Assembly (NCBI GenBank): GCA_905178155.1
Contig: CAJINV010000002.1
Location: 9,063,412 to 9,127,411, forward strand
Origin: Amoebophrya sp. A120
Lineage: Eukaryota > Protista > Dinoflagellata
DNA: 64,000 nt
Reading direction: 5' to 3'
In this document: piece after piece, positions 49,071 to 60,900 of the stretch
How positions within the stretch are numbered: the first letter of the stretch is position 1
Layout: each line of letters begins with the position of its first letter
The notes under the pieces: generated by a model
Database searches by the model: none
Told to the model about the DNA's origin: nothing
Seen by the model: the letters and a program-made list of their open reading frames with translations, nothing else
Position numbers and translations under genes: made by a program

Positions 49071-52000
49071 ATGGCCTGCGCCTCAAGGTCTGGGGGTGGG
49101 CGTGGGGCACTTTTTGATTTGATATTCGAACCAGAAGAGAAGAAATTCTTGTTGGCAAGCAGCTTACGAACCAGCGAACTAGCAAGGAAGTGGTTTGGTC
49201 GACTGGTCGAGTTTCTGTCGGTGCTCGAAACAAAACGCGCTGGAGAGTCGGAGGAAGACGCTAAGAACCGTCAACGAGCGAGCGTCCTGAAGAAAGTGGT
49301 CGCCTTGTTTCCTCCAGGTGTCCAGGGCTGGGTAGAGCAAAATTCTGAAGAGAAGGACGACTGCGGGAAATCGTTCCGGTCCACCCCCAATTTCGAGGTG
49401 TTACTGGGCGTGTTGAGTAGGAGCCTTTGGCAGGACGTCGAGAGTTGTAGTCTTGAAAGGATACTGCAGCTGGTCAAGATTCTCACCGCAGTTTGGCTTT
49501 CGACGGAGGATGGACAGAACGTGATGGCGGCTTTCGAGCAGAGCTTGCAGGCCTTGCTGGCACAGCTCGCAAAGAGGCACGTCGAAGCGTCAAAAGGATC
49601 CATGTCCCTTCTAGGAGCTCCTCTTACCGATGCAAGAAGTGCTGGCGCAGTGGCGCCAGGACCGGGCCGAGCCGCAGGTACTTCATACATAGAACTGCCA
49701 CAACTACAAACGAACCATTGATAGTGATCACTCCTGTGTCGCACCAGCAACTGGCATCTCGTGAAATTGGTTTCGCAACTATCACTTTAGTGAAAAGTCC
49801 TACAACTTAATAAGTATATCTTGTTCTGAACTCACTTACATCTTGATCTTACAGAAATATACACCTGCTCCTGTTTCCGGGTGGTGAATCGATGGTGAGG
49901 CCTTGCTTGGCATTGCGCACTGGACTACTGAAATGTTGCATCCCATTAGCTAAGAGGGCTTAGACTCGAGAAATATTTTGTAGTGGCGGACGCGGATAAA
50001 ACCTCGGCCATAAGTGTAAAAAAAATCGAGGACATAGGCACAAGAAGATCGTTGTGTCAACAAAGGCAACGAATTTCGCTACAGGTCCTGCCAGCGACGG
50101 CGACGTACTACCAGGGCTAGTGCTCTATCGCAAATCGCGCATTCGCAACGTGCTCGAATACTCCCTGCTCTCGGCACTGCGGGCTTCGTTGGGGATGCTG
50201 GTTCTCGCTACATTTTCGGTTGAAAGTATGACAGGTTTTGACAAGCTCTTCGACACCCGGCGTGCAGTCGAGTCGGTTTTCTCTCAGCGCCTTAAGTTTT
50301 TGATCGAGTTGTGTGCGCCGGGCGCCGGCGTGGGTTCTTCCGAACAGAAGGGTGCAGGAGCAGCCGCAGGGGTGAAGATCAGCTCCGTGATCAAAGCCAG
50401 TGCTCTGTTGCCGAGGGATTGGCTAAAAGAGACAGGGTTTCTGCACAGCGTCCCGCATTATGAGTGGCAGGCCGCTTTCGCCAACAGTGTTGCGGATTAC
50501 TTACAGCAAGTTCCGGGTGCATTCGCGCTACGGAAAAAGCACTGGGACGCCGTGCTTCGGCCAGCCTTCGACAAAATTGCGCTGTACAAGCAATTTCAGC
50601 AGTACGTCCTGCAAAGTGAGCCGCTGGCTGGATTGCTGCCAGCATGGAGGGCGGGCGTGTTGGGGGAGCAGAATAAGCAAGCGTGGAGCAGGCGCATGGA
50701 TCCAGCACTCGCGTCAGTGTTCTCCGGCAACCGACCTGGTTCCTTCTTCCTAACTTTCGGAGACAAGTTGGAGTCGTTCTACGAGCTCGAGAAGAAACTC
50801 GTCATGCACAAAGGGGATCAATTGGATTCTATTGAGAGGAAAAATCCCCCCTCCCCATATTGAAAAGGTATGTTTCCAAAAATTTGTGTTGCGGATTTGA
50901 GGTCGCAAATCACATCTGTCTTGCAAGAAGACAAGGGGAGAAGCTTCCGCCCCGTTATGGAAGCGATTTGTCATGCTGTTGGGCCTAAAGGAAAGCCGTT
51001 TGCCATGCTGAACTACTAGACCCATACGCCCCAGCCCCAGCCTGGGGATCTGGCCGCAGTGCCTCTCTGCAGTACAAAGATGATTTGTGGCCACAAATCA
51101 GCATCACAAATTTCCGTTTTGATATGGGGAGGGGGGATTTTTCATTTTGATAGATTCGGAAGAAGTTTCCCCCGAAGACCTCAAGAAGGCTTGGACGGAG
51201 GGTGGGACAGGGATGCACCCTGCTCTTACCTTCGTTGTGAAGTCGGCGTTTCCCAACAAAAGCATGCCCGGCGACGACAGCACGCTGCTCTATCCGCAAG
51301 TTTTACGGACAAACCGACGGTTTGGTGGACTGATTCTTGGGCCCGTCATGCGGAACCTCGTGGGGTTCGAGACGGAGAACCTGGCTGCGTGCGGGGAAAG
51401 GTGTATATCGGATCTATTTATCAAGTGTAAACTAGTTGTAGCACGCGTCAGTCTGAAGAAGGTCCACAGGAAAATAGCAATAGTCGGTAGCTCTGAGCAC
51501 CACATGACAGTCTTTCTTCATTTATGATTTTTGATTAAGACAGAAATTCAAATCCCACTAGCTTCAAGAAGCGGGGTTGGAGGAAAATGAGCATCTTTCT
51601 TGCGCCAAGTTGTTTGTCCCGCTATGAATCGCGAGGCGAAGATCGAAAAAACTCCTTCGATCACGACCGGAATGAAAACTCCGAGTTTTCATTCCGGTCG
51701 TGATTGATGGAGGATTTTTTGTTGAAGAAACTAGAGTAACAGAAACAGTGATGAATTTTTCATTTTTTTCCTGTGGATGATCTTTCTGATCGCGATTTGC
51801 AATGCATACGCCACTTCGTGCAGCTATTTCTACATAACATGGTCAGTCTGTACGCTGGTGGCAGAGACGTTTGGAACCACGACGGCGGAGTGTCTGCCGA
51901 TAAGCGCGAGATCCTGCTCAACCCTGCAATGACCATGTTGTTTTCCTACGGAGGTAGTTTTTCGATGCGCAACGGTGAGCTACGACTTAACAAATTGACC

Positions 52001-54993
52001 GAATGGCGTCGCAAACCAGAGTTTCAAGGGCGACCTGTCGATCCACTTTCTTGGCAGCAGGAATATGAAGCCCGCACTGCCAATCCGGACCGGGAATTAC
52101 TAGGAAACCTGCTTTCAGTCCACGTGCTGGCGAATCTAGAAGCGGGGCTGCTGTATGACGAGTTCTACAGCAAGCTTCTGCTGACCACCATGCCGGTGCG
52201 CCGAGGGTCGAGGGACATAAGCTTTGGTTCGCTTCTATCAAATGCAAAAATGTCTGGGTCCTCTGGAAGGTTGAAACTTGTGATGCGCATTTCAGAACAC
52301 AGAAAAATCTCTCATGCATAGGCAGCAAAAGTTGCCCATTTTCTGTCACCAAAGTCAGAGATTTGTCATGCGGATTCTGCATTGCGAACGCTTCTCGAGA
52401 CCTGTGATGCTAGAGCTTCCATGCCAGACCTTCTGTGTCATGCAAAAGCAGCATGATTCTTCCAGACCCAGACATTTTTGCATTTGATAGCTTCCCCTGT
52501 GGCAGGGGTCCATGATCGGAGGATCGTTGGACAAGCCTGCGGGACGGGAAGCTTGGCTTGAGGTCACAATGTTCAAATTTGTGCTGCACCAGTTCGAAGC
52601 CGCTTTCTGGGCGCGGAAGTTGCTGTATCCAGTGCAGGAGAGCAAAGTAGAGACGGAACTCCTGCGTAGAAGCGGCCTCGCGGCAGTGCTCGCGAGCGTC
52701 GTGCAACTGCGGCAAGCGCTCCTGGTCGCGCCGATCTTTGTTGGCAATAGCGCGAATGGCCTCGCGGGTCTGACGGAGTGGAATTTTGCCTACATGCAGC
52801 AGGCTTACGTCGAAATGCGGTTCTCGCCAGTGCAAGCAAACTTGCTTCTGTCCGACCCTCAGGCACGGGAGGTGCTTGCGGACCTGCGCGCTTCTGTTTT
52901 TTTGCTCCTGCTGCTACAAAATTTTCAGGAGCAAGCTCAGCTTTCGAACTCGGAAGTCGAGCGAATGAAGCGGAAATTCAACGAAGAGGAAACGATGCAA
53001 AGGCCGCATGATAGGGCGAAACTCCTAAGCGGTGCAGAAGCCCGGGACATGATGGAGGGGAGCGCGCGGAGTTGGCAATCAGTTTCTGTTTGGATCGACT
53101 CGAAGCCGTGGACGATGTTCAAGACGGTGCTAAAAAAGCTCCATTGTGAGAAAGTGCTGCAGATTCTGGCGAGGATTGTGGAGCGTATGACGACGCTACT
53201 AGTACCGGAAGACCTGCACAAGGGTGGGAGCGGGGTAGTCGGCGTAGAACAAGATCCACAAAGGAGTAGTCGCCTGTTGAGTTCCAACATAACGCCGCTG
53301 CAGCTGCGGGGCGCTGTCGAGGCGATGTTGCGCGAGCCTTGGCATGAAGATGACTTCGACTCGACCAAGTTCGTGCTTGAAGAACTGAGGACCCTTGCGG
53401 ACTTCTTCGTGGAAAACACGGAGGACAAAAAAGGGGTGCGCTTTAAGCACCAGAATACCTCGAAGGGCGGATTCGAGCTGCTCAAAAGTTTCTGGATCCG
53501 CGGTCCGGGGCCACAAGGTTTGGAGAGTCTGGGCAATACACTGTCCGCCTGGCTGTTTCCGTACAAAATGGCGTTCACTACTGCTTTGGCGGACGTCGAC
53601 AGGAAGCCTGCGTCTCCACGAGCTCGTGCAGGTGCTTTGCCTGTGGGTCACGTCGGGGTGACTCCTGGTAGTACAATTGGAGAGGTCGTCTTTGCGCGGG
53701 AACAGCAACAGACGCAGCTTGTGCGCGATGCACTGCAACCTGGCGCCGAACAAACTGGTCTTGGACACACACTGCTCGACTGGCTGTATGGCCCCGAGCT
53801 GGACAACGTTCTTGCGATTCTCACGGCGGAGGCGAAGGCCGCAATGAAGTCGGTGCCCCGCGAGGAGCAGCGAGGCATGCTGGCGCGGATGACGGACTTT
53901 ACAGCGCGCGTGAAGGCCAAGCAAGCCGCTCCCCCGGAACAAGCGTTGGAAATGCCCGCAGCAGTGATTCTGTTTCTGAATGTGGTCACCCGCGTCAGGG
54001 CTTCGAAGGCGGCCCCCGGCAAAGCAAGCAACGAACGAACGAAGAGAGCGTATAATTTTGTCACCAGCGATCCAGAATGCGGGAAGCTGCTAGAAGAAAT
54101 CACACAAAGGCTGCTGCCGAGGTTGACAACTGCTGCTGACGGGCTTCTGGGTCATTTATTCAGGGGGCAAGCTCCACTACCCCCGCGGGAATACAACGCG
54201 GCTGAACTACTGGGCGCGGCCGGCGCTTCCGCTGGCGTTGACACCCGAGAACAAACTCGCCACCAGTCCGATCTTTTTGTCAAGCACGAGGCGCAACTCT
54301 ACGACATTGCGAAGGACGCAAGCGATCTGCGTAAACACGTACTCAAGCTGCTGTTGCACTTCGATGCGAATGTGATGGCCACGTATGTGAATCCGGGGAA
54401 GATGAAGGGGAAGGCCAACGCCCACCACATTGAACGACTTTGGCCTGACATTTGCGAAAAGCAGACCATCGGGGACAAGAACATAAACTGGGAGAACATA
54501 GTATCCAGCAGACATGAATAAACAGCCCCCGATCATCTTCTCTAGCCCTTTGAGCTACTCGATCTTGTGACGTGCATTTACTTATTGAAGATCACCAGCG
54601 CGGCATGAATAGGAACTGGCGCCGTCGACTCGTCCCTTTGTCATGCTATGCAAGATGATGTTAGTTGGTTTTGGTTACGGTTGCACGAGATTGACGGCAA
54701 AGCGGATGGTTCATTATCACTTGCATATTGAAGAGTGTATTTGACGCAGAAGATCGGTGCTGTTATTCGTGTTTTTTCTTTCATCCGCTCCAGTGAAGAC
54801 TCTTTCGGCCGAGGACGTGGAGGGGCACAACTTTCCCTACGCCGGCTACGGAGAAGTGGTCCCTGCTCTCGAGAAAACCGTTCTTCCGTGGCTGAAGGCG
54901 GGCTTTCCGAAAGCATTCGAGGAGAGCAAAAAAGCGCTCGAGGAAGCTCGCGTGATGCCGGGGTCAGCGGCGTCGAGTGCGCCGGTCAAGTAG
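49071..54993 (+). CDS. Large multi-exon helical protein of unknown function
   Basis: ORFs 49071, 50054, 51147, 51773, 52512 and 54757. In-frame joins across the elements at 50830 (QLDSEEVSP) and 52236 (SLPLWQGSMIG). No family recognised. Confidence 0.65.
50830..51152. mobile_element. Introner family C copy 2 (323 bp)
   Basis: Colinear and similar to 29557-29878; DR gattc. Confidence 0.9.
51660..51704. repeat. Perfect 22-bp-arm palindrome (intronic)
   Basis: atcacgaccggaatgaaaactc-c-gagttttcattccggtcgtgat. Confidence 0.9.
52236..52489. mobile_element. Introner family A copy 6 (254 bp; reverse orientation relative to copy 2)
   Basis: Family A TIRs; DR gcttc. The interior is a diverged reverse complement of 14565-14815. 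Confidence 0.92.
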
Positions 54994-57971
54994 CAGCGAT
55001 GTGTATGCGTAGAGGCAAAAAATAACGCTACGTCACGATGTAGAAGTGTCGACACCGATCGACGTTCCATTCCAAATGAAAAAGATGATGCGTTGTTTGC
55101 AGTCAGACGAGCCGAGTAAAATCATAGCCCATCCTGCACAATTTAAGTGCAATATAGTGGCTCATTATGACAGTCCGACGCCTCGCGCTCCTCCCACTAT
55201 AAACGGTGGGGGGGACGTGGGCGTCAGATTTAATCGAAATTTATCTTTTGTCGCCGACACGAATGGAATTATTATTATTATCTTACTGTGCCGGAGCCGG
55301 CGGAGGGAGTGAAGCCGAGCCCAGCGCGGTACTCTTATCACTTTACTGCGCGGCGGGGTAGTACCTTAACCAATATATCGACTTTGCAAAGAACAAGAAC
55401 GCAAAGTCGTTATTTGTTGAAGACGAAAATAAACTTTTACTTTGACCACCGCCCAGCCCATTACCTAAAATGAGAACCCCCTTGGGCAAAACCAAAAAAG
55501 CATCAATTAAAACTAACGCTGCGCATCGCATCGAAGAAAGTGAAGGGGTGCAAACTTGTAGAGAACGCCGCTAAGCAGTTACAGTAGTAGTATGAGCCAG
55601 CGAACATGAACAAAAAGAGCTTAAAGTAGTATGTAGCATGTCATTATCCTTATCTATCACAAAGGTTGTCGTTTTTTGTATAATTGTGATGGTGAAGCAA
55701 AGCGGCCGTTCCCTGTTGCTGTTCTGTATGATTTCACTGACATCAGATTAGCATGCGCGACTTCTGCTCTAGAGTTCACCGTCGGTTGTGAGATCGAAGG
55801 TCGACGCCGCTTGAAGTGCACTCGCACGCGATCGAGGGGCGCGGTACTTCAGGAGAAAACTTGTAGGGTACGTAGTAGTTCTAGAACGCGCAAAAATGAA
55901 GCTGATCCCTTCTTCACCCATGATGGGACGCACTTCTGTTTTAATCATTCCTCAAGCCTGGAACTTTTGTGAGCTTGCTGATGGAACTTCTTTATGTAAG
56001 AAATCAAAATTATTAGTTTTTCTCTTTTCTCTGAATGCCAGCGGCAAGAGGTGACGCCAACGGCAAACTCCTCCCTGGTGGCCGGGCACTTCTAAAGCGG
56101 GCGGTGAAACGTCACTGGGGGTGTAGAAGCGGTTCCACCACTACTGCAGAAAGATTTACCTTCTGAGACTTACATTACAGTATGTGGAAATGCGGCCGGG
56201 TAGACGACAGCCCCGCGCACTTCCTCGAATGCTATAGGATAGGCAACCTCCAAACGCTCTCATGCCCGGAGCGTCTCGCTGAGGTCTTCGCTTACGTGGC
56301 ACACGTGCCGCCAGATGACTCAAGCACCGACGAGGAACTGTGACCCCCCGCGGGGGCACCAAAATTTTGTATGAAGACGCACCTGATAGGCATGCGTCAG
56401 CATCTGCTAGAGGGCGAGATGCGAGATGTTTGGCGCAGTCAGCTCGCAGCTGAAGCTCCTACACACATCTAAAAACCGTGGCAAAATCGATCGAAATGAC
56501 GCTTGTAGCGAAAACCACATTGATGCAGCCATCAGGAACAAGGAATAGAGATTGCCGGAGCGCACACAGACGCCCGCCCCCCTAGGGGAAGCACAGGCTC
56601 CTCCTGGCTCCGATGTTCACCTCTCGAGATGATCACAAGGTCTTGCCAGACCAGACAAGTTCACAGAGGGTCGCTTCACACTCTTGCTCGTCCGTATAAA
56701 TCGTTTGAGTGGATCGCTTTCCTGGTGTCAGGATCAAAAATCGAGCGTCGCGTACCCCAGACAGGGACCTTAGGTGGCGCCGCTTGTGGTTGTCACGAGG
56801 TGGCTCGCACCTCCCCGGAGTGAGAGAAGGTTCGTTACCAGGCTTCGGCACCTTTTGTCTGGCTTGGGCTCCTGGTGCTGCGTTCACCGTTAGGAGTATA
56901 ATAACATAAGAGCATAAGCCTGGCTGCATTGGCGGCCGACCTTACGCGCACCATCAGAAGTGCGGAACTGGCCGGCCTTTGTGGTGTCTCACCGTCAGAA
57001 GTGCGAACTACGAGGGCCGGGGCGTGCCACCTCATCATCATCATCAAAGCGAATCGCGTATGTATGTATTACAGTATGTGGGAAGCTATACCGCTCACCT
57101 TGAGAAGGGTAGTTTGCGGACCGAAAGCGGGGCCCTGAACATATCCTGACGACACGCCTCGGATATAGTACAAGGATTAGCGTAATAATTACAACAAGGA
57201 AGCTAAACTCCTCGACAAGATCAAACTGATGAGTCCAGGGCCCCCCGGTGTAAAGAAGCGAAAGCATGCTGCTGAAAGAAACTAGCGTCAGGACTGGAGT
57301 CGCCGGAACAAACTTTCTGGGATACCTAGGGACGAGGACCAGTCGTGTTCATTACTAAATCTTCAGTGGTGTAGGTCTCCCGAGATTATGGTGACTACCT
57401 AGTGACACGTTGCCTTGTCGTGCATTCTTGACTGTGCGAAAATAAAACACTAAAGCCTATTTTGATCGAGAGATTTTTTTTTACGAGTGTTTTTACTTAC
57501 TCTGTCGAAATGGCAGTGGGTTCAAGCAAGGGTCTGCTCGTTCGTTTTTCGAGGTGGCCACCGCATTAAAAGCTGGAGTGTGGTTTTGTTTTCTTTGTTG
57601 GAGTTTAAGTGCGTTTTTTTTTGTAAAGTTTTGTTTTTGATGACTTCGGGGTAAAACGTCATCGGTCGTGCTCGGGCTTTCTTCATTTCGGTCAGCTATC
57701 CTTGTTGTGTTGTTTTTCTTGCAAACAGAGGAACTGCTGCTGCTCAAGGAGGATACGATATTCCGATTTCCTCACAGCATAAAGTACCTACTATCGACTC
57801 GATATTTAGTGCTCTGAATCCACAACTTGGTCCGTTGGATATATGGAGTTTTTTTCAACAACGTGCATCCATCTAGTTGAACTGTGACCGGTACAGCACT
57901 GCCGATGCCGAAAGCGGTGGAACGCAGCTGAAGAAGGTCGGTTTCTTCTTTGGGTTCCGTGATTTCTGCCC

Positions 57972-60900
57972 GTGCTATACTTCTGCCCGTTCCTCACGCC
58001 GGAAGTAGAGCGAAAATACACACAGCCCTTCGTCATGGCGACCGCGACACTGCAGGAGGCCGTGCAGCAAGCCGCGGAGGAAGCAGCTTCCAACACGGAC
58101 AATTCAGAGGAGGAAAGTTCTTCGTCATCTTCCTCTAGAAAGGATGAAATTGAAAACGAGAGGGAGGAATCCCGAAAACCACCGGCTGACGAAGTGGATG
58201 AGGAAGCGAGGGAAGCTAGGAAATCGAAAGACCCCCCTGCTCTTGACGCCCCCACAGCAAAAACGAAATTTCTTCTCATGCTGGATTAGCAGTTGTGTAC
58301 TCATTAGTATTACACTAATTGAATTTATTTCCATCGTTGATCTTGTATTGAGGGACTGAATTCAGATCCAAATGCTCTGGGCGGGGATCATGTTCAGGCG
58401 TCTGCCATTTGGCAGGACAGACGCCGTCACTTGAGGCCCAAGCCTACAACGTTCGAAATAATCACCCGGGTGATTATACGGCGGAGACCTCTCTGCGATT
58501 GTCCCTTAGCAAGACAGGGGCGACGGATGAGAACAGCCAAGGAGTTAAGAACGCACAGTCGGTCAGTGTAAGGAAGAGGGGGGCTGTCTTTTTCCCACGA
58601 TAGAGGCACGGCTGGTGGAGGAGGCCAACCGACAAGCCGAGCAGGCGCGACGGAACTCGCTGCAGCAGAAACAGCCGGAGAAGACTGTGGCGCGGGGGAA
58701 AGGGAGGTTTGGGAGTGGGAACTCGCCGGGCACAGCAAGTGGGCAGCTGGAGAAGACGTTCGGCAAAGCGCCGGTGAATGCCGCGAACACCGTGGTCAAG
58801 TCTTCGTCGCTGGAGTCCGGAACTTCGCTCGCCAGTGGCGGGCGGGGAAACATTCTTGCACGGTCCTCGATGGAGGACAACGTGCAGAACCACTACAAAA
58901 TCATGTTCTTTCTGCAGTCCTTCTCCATCTTCTACGCGGTCCCCACCCTGGTCTTTGTGCTCGTGCGAAATCTAGTGCACTGCGATCATGATTACGTGGA
59001 CGGCGCGGTACAAATACATAGAAGTGCTTTTACGCGGTTTTGTTTTCTGCAAAAAGAGAGAATTTTCGCGTAAAGTCGACTACAAAGTAGATTTAGGCTT
59101 GGAGCGCCGCTTCTTGATCTGCTAGTGTATTAATCTATGGATAATGTGTAGTGCGAAGCTCTTCGCGAACGGTATATTGCAGGCGTCTTAATAGCATTTT
59201 CTCTGGATGAGGATGTGAAATAGATAACTGTCCGCAAATGAGCAGAGCGTAAACCTGCGAGCGAGGAACACGAAAAATACCTCCCACATGAAACAATTAC
59301 ACCAGATTCCGAAGTTCTTCTGGCATGCCATCGTGGAATACGGTTTTTTCTGTATCCTGAGTAAAAACGTCCCCACCCCAGAGTTGTGATGCAGATCTGC
59401 AAGCACAAGAGCGTTTGTGATGCGCGATCCCATGAGGGGCATTATCAATCGTGTTTTGGAACTTGTAATGCTGTAAACAGCATAAGGAGATTGATTTGTT
59501 ATGCGGCTTCCCTTGCTAAACTGCACTACACTACAGCCTGCAATTTGTCATGCGTGACCCCCAAAAGTTCTAGGTTTGTGTTGCAAAATCCCCATCTTGT
59601 TTCTGGTGTGGGGATGTTTTTACTCAGGATATTCTGGTGGTACGCGCCGGTGATGGCGGTGCAGGGGTTGGTCATCGCGTTTTATCCCCCGGAGATGCTG
59701 ACCTCCAGGCAGTATCCTGAGTAAAAACGTCCCCACACCAGAGTTGTAATGCAGATTTGCAAAGACAGGAAGACTTGTAATGCGCATCCCCATGAGGGCC
59801 ATTTTCAATCGTGCTTTGGAATTTGTGATGCTGTGAACAGGATGAGCAGATGGATTTCTGATGCAGCTGTCCTTGCGAACCTGCACTACACTACGGACTG
59901 CAACTTGTGGTGCGTGACCCCCAAAAGTTCTAGGTTTGTGTTGCAAAATCCCCATCCTGACCCTGGTGTGGGGATGTTTTTACTCAGGATAGGCAGCAGC
60001 GCGTCATTATTGGGTCTACAGTGTTCCTAGTAATCGTCTTCGGCACCTACGCGGTGCTGCACCGAACGACCAACTCCGATCCGTCGAACAAGATCACGAT
60101 GGTACGTGTGCTGGCCGGGCTCGCCGTCGTTGTGGGCCAGTACCTCGGCATGTGGCACCAGTTGCGACGAACGCTCGCGCGCGAAAACGCCACCGAATAC
60201 ACCCCGCGACAAAAGAGCCTGCTGTGGTGGAGCTTGAAATTCGGATTAGTCTTCTTCGCCGGGTTTTACGGGGCCCTGATCTTCGCCGACCGGCTTTTTC
60301 CGACGGCGGTGCTCATCATGAGAGAAAAAACTGAGGGCAAGGGCACCGGGGGGTTGGTGATGCAAAGTACTGTTCTCTTCGGCGTGTAGGAATAGTTTTT
60401 CGTTCTTTATTAAAGAATTGTCTTTCTCAACACTCACGGTTTTTTTTTTGCGGTTCTTAGAATAAATGGCAACCAAGCTCACGGTCGTAGCAAGCAGTGT
60501 GGTTAAGTACCAATATCGTCCGCCGGGCGCGACATGCAAACATAGCATTTATTTTGCACAACTTACCACGCCACTCCAGGTGCCTTTGAGATGTTTCTCG
60601 CGACGTTCTTTTTTTCCCTCTTCCTCCCTTTCTGGAGCAAGCGTGTGAGTCGGGTTGCGTCGGACATCTTGTCCCTGTACCACGAGGGCGGGGAGCGCAA
60701 CACCGTGATATACGAGCGCATGCAGTTCACGATCAACTTTTTGCTGGACATCACCAGGTTTGTGTACGGGCGCGGCGTGCTCTTTTCCGTCTCCCGGATC
60801 GAGGTCTTTTTCCTGCTGATCACCAAAGACATCGTCTACCAGTTCTGGCACTTCGGATTCAAGTAATTACGCAACTTTGATATAATATGAATATCTTGTT

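Noticed and set aside
13331-52489. Recurrent peptides SNVKMSGSGR / LPDPDIFTFD / NSGVGTFLLRI in many ORFs, looking like a protein repeat family
   Set aside because: They are translations of introner TIRs, not protein domains.
56170-57130. Short stretches resembling LSU rRNA domain V (tagacgacagccccgcgcac, ctaggggaagcacaggct, ggcaccttttgtctggct...tcctggtgctg), suggesting an organellar rRNA relic
   Set aside because: The matches are short and gapped, alter universally conserved bases and are not consistently spaced, so they are probably chance. A cmsearch with LSU models would settle it.
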